Source: Eledone cirrhosa (taxonomy: Eukaryota). Taken from it: a DNA stretch of 64,000 bases. The number at the start of each line of letters is the position of its first letter. The first letter of the stretch is position 1. Shown here piece by piece: positions 53,601-64,000 of the stretch. Location: positions 395,188,001 to 395,252,000 of the forward strand of contig OZ024740.1 in assembly GCA_964016885.1 (NCBI GenBank). Direction: 5' to 3'. The position numbers and the translations under genes are program-made. Under the pieces are notes generated by a model. It saw nothing but the letters and a program-made list of their open reading frames with translations. It did no database searches and was not told where the DNA came from.

Positions 53601-56600
53601 CTGGACACTTTTTGTTGTGACACCTACATGGCCACTTTACAGTGTGGGCTGGACACTTTTTGTTGTGACACCTACACGACCACTTTACAGTGTGGGCTGA
53701 GTACGTTTTGTAGTGACACCTACATGGCCACTTTACAGTGTGGGCTGGGAATTTTTTGTTGTGACACCTACATAACCACTTTGCAGTGTGGGCTGGATAT
53801 TTTTGTTGTGACACCTTCATGACCACTTTACAGTGTGGGCTGGTCACTTTTTGTTGTGACACCTACATGACCACATTACAGTATGGGCTGGACACTTTTT
53901 GTTGTGACACTTACATGACCACTTTACAGTGTGGGCTGGGCATTTTTGTTGTGACACTTACATGACCACTTTACAGTGTAGGCTGGACACCTTTTGTTGT
54001 GACACCTACATGACCACTTTACAGTGTGGGCTGGGCACTTTTTGTTGTGACACCTACATGATCACTTTACAGCATGGGCTGGGCACTTTTTGTTGTGACA
54101 CCTACATGACCACTTTACAGTGTATGCTGGACACTTTTTGTTGTGACACCTACATGACCACCTTACAGTGTGGGCTGGACACTTTTTGTTGTGACACCTA
54201 CATGACCACTTTACAGTGTGGACTGGGCACTTTTTGTTGTGACACCTACATGACCACTTTACAGTGTAGGCTGGACACTTTTTGTTGTGACACCTACATG
54301 ACCACTTTACAGTGTGGGCTGGGCACTTTTTGTTGTGACACCTACATGACCACTTTACAGTGTGGGCTGGGCACTTTTTGTTGTGACACCTACATGACCA
54401 CTTTACAGTGTAGGCTGGACACTTTTTGTTGTGACACCTACATGACCACTTTACAGTGTGGGCTGGGCACTTTTTGTTGTGACACCTACATGACCACTTT
54501 ACAGTGTGGGCTGGACACCTTTTGTTGTGACACCTACATGGCCACTTTACAGTGTGGGCTGGACACTTTTTGTTGTGACACCTACATGACCACTTTACAG
54601 TGTGGGCTGGTCACTTTTTATTGTGACACCTACATGACCACTTTACAGTGTGGGCTGGACACTTTTTGTTGTGACACCTACATGGCCACTTTACAGTGTG
54701 GGCTGGACACTGTAATGACCACCTTACAGTGTGGGCTAGACACTTTTTGTTGTGACACCTACATGATCACTTTACAGTGTGGACTGGGCACTTTTTGTTG
54801 TGACACCTACATGGGCTGGGCACTTTTTGTTGTGACACCTACATGACCACTTTACAGTGTATGCTGGACACTTTTTGTTGTGACACCTACATGACCACCT
54901 TACAGTGTGGGCTGGACACTTTTTGTTGTGACACCTACATGACCACTTTACAGTGTAGGCTGGACACTTTTTGTTGTGACACCTACATGACCACTTTACA
55001 GTGTGGGCTGGGCACTTTTTGTTGTGACACCTACATGACCACTTTACAGTGTGGCACTTTTTGTTGACACCTACATGACCACTTTACAGTGTGGGCTGGG
55101 CACTTTTTGTTGTGACACCTACATGACCACTTTACAGCATGGGCTGGGCACTTTTTGTTGTGACACCTACATGACCACTTTACAGTGTATGCTGGACATT
55201 TTTGTTGTGACACCTACATGACCACCTTACAGTGTGGGCTGGACACTTTTTGTTGTGACACCTACATGACCACTTTACAGTGTGGACTGGGCACTTTTTG
55301 TTGTGACACCTACATGACCACTTTACAGCGTGGGCTGGGCACTTTTTGTTGTGACACCTACATGACCACTTTACAGTGTAGGCTGGACACTTTTTGTTGT
55401 GACACCTACATGACCACTTTGCAGTGTGGGCTGGACACTTTTTGTTGTGACACCTACATGACCACTTTACAGTGTGGGCAGGACACTTTTTGTTGTGACA
55501 CCTACATGACCACTTTTCAGTGTGGGCTGAGCACGTTGTGTTGTGACACCTACATGACCACTTTACAGTGTGGGCTGGACACTTTTTGTTGTAACACCTA
55601 CATGACCACTTTACAGCGTGGGCTGGGCAATTTTTGTTGTGACACCTACATGACCACTTTACAGTGTAGGCTGGACACTTTTTGTTGTGACACCTACATG
55701 ACCACTTTACAGTGTAGGCTGGACACTTTTTGTTGTGACACCTACATGACCACTTTGCAGTGTGGGCTGGACACTTTTTGTTGTGACACCTTCATGACCA
55801 CTTTACAGTGTGGGCTGGTCACTTTTTGTTGTGACACCTACATGACCACTGTACAGTGTGGGCAGGACACTTTTTGTTGTGACACCTACATCACCACTTT
55901 ACAGTGTAGGCTGGACACTTTTTGTTGTGACACCTACATGACCACTTTACAGCGTGGGCTGAGCACGTTGTGTTGTGACACCTACATGACCACTTTACAG
56001 TGTGGGCTGGACACTTTTTGTTGTGACACCTACATGACCACTTTACAGCGTGGGCTGAGCACGTTGTGTTGTGACACCTTCATGACCACTTTACAGTGTG
56101 GGCTGGTCACTTTTTGTTGTGACACCTACATGACCACTGTACAGTGTGGGCAGGACACTTTTTGTTGTGACACCTACATGACCACTTTACAGTGTAGGCT
56201 GGACACTTTTTGTTGTGACACCTACATGACCACTTTACAGCGTGGGCTGAGCACGTTGTGTTGTGACACCTACATGGCCACTTTACAGTGTGGGCTGGGA
56301 ATTTTTTGTTGTGACACCTACATGACCACTTTGCAGTGTGGGCTGGATATTTTTGTTGTGACACCTTCATGACCACTTTACAGTGTGGGCTGGTCACTTT
56401 TTGTTGTGACACCTACATGACCACATTACAGTATGGGCTGGACACTTTTTGTTGTGACACTTACATGACCACTTTACAGTGTGGGCTGGGCATTTTTGTT
56501 GTGACACTTACATGACCACTTTACAGTGTAGGCTGGACACCTTTTGTTGTGACACCTACATGACCACTTTACAGTGTGGGCTGGGAACTTTTTGTTGTGA

Positions 56601-59600
56601 CACCTACATGACCACTTTACAGCATGGGCTGGGCACTTTTTGTTGTGACACCTACATGACCACTTTACAGTGTATGCTGGACACTTTTTGTTGTGACACC
56701 TACATGACCACCTTACAGTGTGGGCTGGACACTTTTTGTTGTGACACCTACATGACCACTTTACAGTGTGGACTGGGCACTTTTTGTTGTGACACCTACA
56801 TGACCACTTTACAGTGTAGGCTGGACACTTTTTGTTGTGACACCTACATGACCACTTTACAGTGTGGGCTGGGCACTTTTTGTTGTGACACCTACATGAC
56901 CACTTTACAGTGTGGGCTGGGCACTTTTTGTTGTGACACCTACATGACCACTTTACAGTGTAGGCTGGACACTTTTTGTTGTGACACCTACATGACCACT
57001 TTACAGTGTGGGCTGGGCACTTTTTGTTGTGACACCTACATGACCACTTTACAGTGTGGGCTGGACACCTTTTGTTGTGACACCTACATGGCCACTTTAC
57101 AGTGTGGGCTGGACACTTTTTGTTGTGACACCTACATGACCACTTTACAGTGTGGGCTGGTCACTTTTTATTGTGACACCTACATGACCACTTTACAGTG
57201 TGGGCTGGACACTTTTTGTTGTGACACCTACATGGCCACTTTACAGTGTGGGCTGGACACTGTAATGACCACCTTACAGTGTGGGCTAGACACTTTTTGT
57301 TGTGACACCTACATGATCACTTTACAGTGTGGACTGGGCACTTTTTGTTGTGACACCTACATGGGCTGGGCACTTTTTGTTGTGACACCTACATGACCAC
57401 TTTACAGTGTATGCTGGACACTTTTTGTTGTGACACCTACATGACCACCTTACAGTGTGGGCTGGACACTTTTTGTTGTGACACCTACATGACCACTTTA
57501 CAGTGTAGGCTGGACACTTTTTGTTGTGACACCTACATGACCACTTTACAGTGTGGGCTGGGCACTTTTTGTTGTGACACCTACATGACCACTTTACAGT
57601 GTGGCACTTTTTGTTGACACCTACATGACCACTTTACAGTGTGGGCTGGGCACTTTTTGTTGTGACACCTACATGACCACTTTACAGCATGGGCTGGGCA
57701 CTTTTTGTTGTGACACCTACATGACCACTTTACAGTGTATGCTGGACATTTTTGTTGTGACACCTACATGACCACCTTACAGTGTGGGCTGGACACTTTT
57801 TGTTGTGACACCTACATGACCACTTTACAGTGTGGACTGGGCACTTTTTGTTGTGACACCTACATGACCACTTTACAGCGTGGGCTGGGCACTTTTTGTT
57901 GACACCTACATGATCACTTTACAGCGTGGGCTGGGCACTTTTTGTTGTGACACCTACATGACCACTTTACAGTGTAGGCTGGACACTTTTTGTTGTGACA
58001 CCTACATGACCACTTTGCAGTGTGGGCTGGACACTTTTTGTTGTGACACCTACATGACCACTTTACAGTGTGGGCAGGACACTTTTTGTTGTGACACCTA
58101 CATGACCACTTTACAGTGTGGGCTGAGCACGTTGTGTTGTGACACCTACATGACCACTTTACAGTGTGGGCTGGACACTTTTTGTTGTAACACCTACATG
58201 ACCACTTTACAGCGTGGGCTGGGCAATTTTTGTTGTGACACCTACATGACCACTTTACAGTGTAGGCTGGACACTTTTTGTTGTGACACCTACATAACCA
58301 CTTTACAGTGTAGGCTGGACAATTTTTGTTGTGACACCTACATGACCACTTTGCAGTGTGGGCTGGACACTTTTTGTTGTGACACCTTCATGACCACTTT
58401 ACAGTGTGGGCTGGTCACTTTTTGTTGTGACACCTACATGACCACTGTACAGTGTGGGCAGGACACTTTTTGTTGTGACACCTACATGACCACTTTACAG
58501 TGTAGGCTGGACACTTTTTGTTGTGACACCTACATGACCACTTTACAGCGTGGGCTGAGCACGTTGTGTTGTGACACCTACATGACCACTTTACAGTGTG
58601 GGCTGGACACTTTTTGTTGTGACACCTACATGACCACTTTACAGCGTGGGCTGAGCACGTTGTGTTGTGACACCTTCATGACCACTTTACAGTGTGGCTG
58701 GTCACTTTTTGTTGTGACACCTACATGACCACTGTACAGTGTGGGCAGGACACTTTTTGTTGTGACACCTACATGACCACTTTACAGTGTAGGCTGGACA
58801 CTTTTTGTTGTGACACCTACATGACCACTTTACAGCGTGGGCTGAGCACGTTGTGTTGTGACACCTACATGGCCACTTTACAGTGTGGGCTGGGAATTTT
58901 TTGTTGTGACACCTACATGACCACTTTGCAGTGTGGGCTGGATATTTTTGTTGTGACACCTTCATGACCACTTTACAGTGTGGGCTGGTCACTTTTTGTT
59001 GTGACACCTACATGACCACATTACAGTATGGGCTGGACACTTTTTGTTGTGACACTTACATGACCACTTTACAGTGTGGGCTGGGCATTTTTGTTGTGAC
59101 ACTTACATGACCACTTTACAGTGTAGGCTGGACACCTTTTGTTGTGACACCTACATGACCACTTTACAGTGTGGGCTGGGCACTTTTTGTTGTGACACCT
59201 ACATGACCACTTTACAGCATGGGCTGGGCACTTTTTGTTGTGACACCTACATGACCACTTTACAGTGTATGCTGGACACTTTTTGTTGTGACACCTACAT
59301 GACCACCTTACAGTGTGGGCTGGACACTTTTTGTTGTGACACCTACATGACCACTTTACAGTGTGGACTGGGCACTTTTTGTTGTGACACCTACATGACC
59401 ACTTTACAGTGTAGGCTGGACACTTTTTGTTGTGACACCTACATGACCACTTTACAGTGTGGGCTGGGCACTTTTTGTTGTGACACCTACATGACCACTT
59501 TACAGTGTGGGCTGGGCACTTTTTGTTGTGACACCTACATGACCACTTTACAGTGTAGGCTGGACACTTTTTGTTGTGACACCTACATGACCACTTTACA

Positions 59601-62600
59601 GTGTGGGCTGGGCACTTTTTGTTGTGACACCTACATGACCACTTTACAGTGTGGGCTGGACACCTTTTGTTGTGACACCTACATGGCCACTTTACAGTGT
59701 GGGCTGGACACTTTTTGTTGTGACACCTACATGACCACTTTACAGTGTGGGCTGGTCACTTTTTATTGTGACACCTACATGACCACTTTACAGTGTGGGC
59801 TGGACACTTTTTGTTGTGACACCTACATGGCCACTTTACAGTGTGGGCTGGACACTGTAATGACCACCTTACAGTGTGGGCTAGACACTTTTTGTTGTGA
59901 CACCTACATGATCACTTTACAGTGTGGACTGGGCACTTTTTGTTGTGACACCTACATGGGCTGGGCACTTTTTGTTGTGACACCTACATGACCACTTTAC
60001 AGTGTATGCTGGACACTTTTTGTTGTGACACCTACATGACCACCTTACAGTGTGGGCTGGACACTTTTTGTTGTGACACCTACATGACCACTTTACAGTG
60101 TAGGCTGGACACTTTTTGTTGTGACACCTACATGACCACTTTACAGTGTGGGCTGGGCACTTTTTGTTGTGACACCTACATGACCACTTTACAGTGTGGC
60201 ACTTTTTGTTGACACCTACATGACCACTTTACAGTGTGGGCTGGGCACTTTTTGTTGTGACACCTACATGACCACTTTACAGCATGGGCTGGGCACTTTT
60301 TGTTGTGACACCTACATGACCACTTTACAGTGTATGCTGGACATTTTTGTTGTGACACCTACATGACCACCTTACAGTGTGGGCTGGACACTTTTTGTTG
60401 TGACACCTACATGACCACTTTACAGTGTGGACTGGGCACCTTTTGTTGTGACACCTACATGACCACTTTACAGCGTGGGCTGGGCACTTTTTGTTGACAC
60501 CTACATGATCACTTTACAGCGTGGGCTGGGCACTTTTTGTTGTGACACCTACATGACCACTTTACAGTGTAGGCTGGACACTTTTTGTTGTGACACCTAC
60601 ATGACCACTTTGCAGTGTGGGCTGGACACTTTTTGTTGTGACACCTACATGACCACTTTACAGTGTGGGCAGGACACTTTTTGTTGTGACACCTACATGA
60701 CCACTTTACAGTGTGGGCTGAGCACGTTGTGTTGTGACACCTACATGACCACTTTACAGTGTGGGCTGGACACTTTTTGTTGTAACACCTACATGACCAC
60801 TTTACAGCGTGGGCTGGGCAATTTTTGTTGTGACACCTACATGACCACTTTACAGTGTAGGCTGGACACTTTTTGTTGTGACACCTACATAACCACTTTA
60901 CAGTGTAGGCTGGACAATTTTTGTTGTGACACCTACATGACCACTTTGCAGTGTGGGCTGGACACTTTTTGTTGTGACACCTTCATGACCACTTTACAGT
61001 GTGGGCTGGTCACTTTTTGTTGTGACACCTACATGACCACTGTACAGTGTGGGCAGGACACTTTTTGTTGTGACACCTACATGACCACTTTACAGTGTAG
61101 GCTGGACACTTTTTGTTGTGACACCTACATGACCACTTTACAGCGTGGGCTGAGCACGTTGTGTTGTGACACCTACATGACCACTTTACAGTGTGGGCTG
61201 GACACTTTTTGTTGTGACACCTACATGACCACTTTACAGCGTGGGCTGAGCACGTTGTGTTGTGACACCTTCATGACCACTTTACAGTGTGGCTGGTCAC
61301 TTTTTGTTGTGACACCTACATGACCACTGTACAGTGTGGGCAGGACACTTTTTGTTGTGACACCTACATGACCACTTTACAGTGTAGGCTGGACACTTTT
61401 TGTTGTGACACCTACATGACCACTTTACAGCGTGGGCTGAGCACGTTGTGTTGTGACACCTACATGACAACTTTACAGTGTGGGCTGGACACTTTTTGTT
61501 GTGACACATACATGACCACTTTACAGCGTGGGCTGAGCACGTTGTGTTGTGACACCTTCATGACCACTTTACAGTGTGGGCTGGTCACTTTTTGTTGTGA
61601 CACCTACATGACCACTGTACAGTGTGGGCAGGACACTTTTTGTTGTGACACCTATATGACCACTTTACAGTGTAGGCTGGACACTTTTTGTTGTGACACC
61701 TACATGACCACTTTACAGTGTGGGCTGAGCACGTTGTGTTGTGACACCTACATGACCACTTTACAGTGTGGGCTGGACACTTTTTGTTGTGACACCTACA
61801 TGACCACTTTACAGCGTGGGCTGGTCACTTTTTGTTGTCACACCTTCATGACCACTTTACAGTGTGGGCTGGTCACTTTTTGTTGTGACACCTACATGAC
61901 CACTTTACAGTGTGGGCTGGATACTTTTTGTTGTGACACCCTCATGACCACTTTACAGTGTGGGCTTGGCACTTTTTGTTGACACCTACATGACCACTTT
62001 ACAGTGTGGGCTGGGCACTTTTTGTTGTGACACTTACATGACCACTTTACAGTGTGGGCTGGATAGTTTTTGTTGTGACACCTACATGAACATTTTACAG
62101 TGTGGGCAGGACACTTTTTGTTGTGACACCTACATAATCACGTTACAGTGTGGGCTGAGCACGTTTCGTTGTGACACCTACATGGCCACTTTACAGTGTG
62201 GGCTGGGAATTTTTTGTTGTGACATCTACATGACCACTTTACAGTGTTGGCTGGATACTTTTTGTTGTGACACCCTCATGACCACTTTACAGTGTGAGCT
62301 TGGCACTTTTTGTTGACACCTACATGACCACTTTACAGTGTGGGATGGGCACTTTTTGTTGTGACACTTACATGACCACTTTACAGTGTGGGCTGGATAG
62401 TTTTTGTTGTGACACATACATGAACATTTTACAGTGTGGGCTTGGCACTTTTTGTTGACACCTACATGACCACTTTACAGTGTGGGCTGGGCACTTTTTG
62501 TTGTGACACTTACATGACCACTTTACAGTGTGGGCTGGATAGTTTTTGTTGTGACACCTACATGAACATTTTACAGTGTGGGCAGGACACTTTTTGTTGT

Positions 62601-63085
62601 GACACCTACATAATCACGTTACAGTGTGGGCTGAGCACGTTTCGTTGTGACACCTACATGACCACTTTACAGTGTGGGCTGGACACTTTTTGTTGTGACA
62701 CCTACATGACCACTTTGCAGTGTGGGCTGGATACTTTTTGTTGTGACACCTTCATGACCACTTTACAGTGTGGGCTGGTCACTTTTTGTTGTGACACCTA
62801 CATGACCACATTACAGTATGGGCTGGACACTTTTTGTTGTGACACTTACATGACCACTTTACAGTGTGGGCTGGGCATTTTTGTTGTGACACTTACATGA
62901 CCACTTTACAGTATTGGCTGGGTGCTTTTTGTTGAGACACCTACATGACCACTTTACAGTGTGGGCTGGACACTTTTTTTTGTGACACTTACATGACCAC
63001 TTTACAGTGTGGGCAGGACACTTTTTGTTGTGATACCTACATGACCACTTTACAGTGTGGGCTGGGCACTTTTTGTTGTGAAACC
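47607..63085. repeat. 48-bp tandem satellite, about 320 monomers, with higher-order repeats
   Basis: Consensus atgaccactttacagtgtgggctgg(g/a)cactttttgttgtgacacctac; diagnostic variants recur at 2550- and 2595-bp spacing. Confidence 0.98.
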
Positions 63086-63220
63086 AACTGATTTTCAGTA
63101 ACTTCTTTTCTTGTTGCTTAATAGGTATTTCTGTGGCCAATCAATTACATCATCAGATGGTATGAACATAATAGATATAGTTAAGTAATCCATACTGAGG
63201 CACAGATACATACATACACG

Positions 63221-63856
63221 TACATAACATGAAAGATTACTGGTGGAATGTTCCAGTAAAACCCCAATAAAATGCAGGCATAACAGACCAGATATTATGA
63301 TATGGGACATTGAGAAGAAAGCATGCACAGTAGTGGAAATTAGCTGCCCAGTAGATGCCAATATAATATCAAAGATTAGCGAAAAGGAGAATATTTATGC
63401 AGAACTGGTGAGAAATCTGCAGATACTCCACCCTGATTACACCTTCAGATTTATGCCTGTGGGCACTGGGGCTCTGGGATATGTTAGTAACTGCCTCAAT
63501 ACAAATCTTGAGAAGCTAGGTTTCACAGGAACAGAAAGAACACAACTAGTTAGGAAATTACAAGTACAATCCATTAATGGAACAGTTAAAATATGTAAAA
63601 CATTCCAAACATTGTGCATCTAATAACTGCATATACACATGTACAGATACAAAGCATATACACATGCACACATACAACTCAAAACATCCACATCCACACA
63701 TACAATAACATCCATATCTACACATGCATGCAGACATACATACATATCTACCTAGTTGATGTTGTGTAAATTCCAATGAGAGAGTCTTGTGTCTATGTTA
63801 GAAACTGGCTCTCTCTCTATTGGGAAAAAATTAGGGAAATTATAAAACCAGAAGAA
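63221..63856 (+). mobile_element. 5'-truncated RLE-type non-LTR retrotransposon (same family as 16505-17104)
   Basis: HNRPDIMIWD...VEISCPVD....EKENIY...GALG; flanked by (TACA)n. Confidence 0.87.
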
Positions 63857-63933
63857 CATACACACGTACATACAAGCATACATGCATGCATATACACACA
63901 TGCATACATACATACATACGTACATGCATTTAC

Positions 63934-64000
63934 AGTATTGGTAGAGCGTCAGACACCATGCTTTGCAGCATAGAGTTATGGCCCTTTACGTTCTGAGTTC
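63934..64000 (+). mobile_element. Family 1 SINE head, cut by the window end
   Basis: cagtattggtagagcgtcagacaccatgc...ctgagttc. Confidence 0.7.

Noticed and set aside
47607-63085. CRISPR-like array
   Set aside because: Monomers are contiguous with no unique spacers, there are no cas genes, and the context is eukaryotic.
47582-63140. Long Cys-rich ORFs (MTTLQCGLGTFCCDTY)n and the antisense (HTVKWSCRCHNKKCPA)n, resembling metallothionein or structural proteins
   Set aside because: A 48-bp monomer with stop-free frames produces these automatically; frameshifts and stops are scattered, and the unit derives from a retroelement UTR.

Overview
This is AT-rich, microsatellite-dense eukaryotic genomic DNA; the SINE/RTE/Penelope repertoire suggests a mollusc, probably an octopod cephalopod (inference). 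I find no confident host gene, and the window is almost entirely repeats. Main contents: (1) several families of Penelope-like elements (PLEs) and short non-coding relatives carrying type I hammerhead ribozymes (HHRs), nearly all inserted in (AT)n and mostly arranged as head-to-head inverted duplications. The largest is a near-perfect 6.65-kb palindrome of a young Naiad-type PLE (32693-39340). (2) Two ORF-less, highly structured HHR units of about 320-400 nt that resemble non-LTR retrozymes (20182-20586, 43540-44042). (3) A ~15.5-kb array of a 48-bp satellite with ~2.6-kb higher-order repeats (47607-63085) that grows directly out of a repeat unit in the 3' tail of the local RTE LINE/SINE. (4) Fragments of RTE LINEs (one with a PHD finger inside the RT), RLE-type LINEs, tRNA-SINEs, a Helitron, and hAT, mariner, pogo-like and piggyBac-like elements. 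All calls come from manual reading; no searches or folding programs were run.
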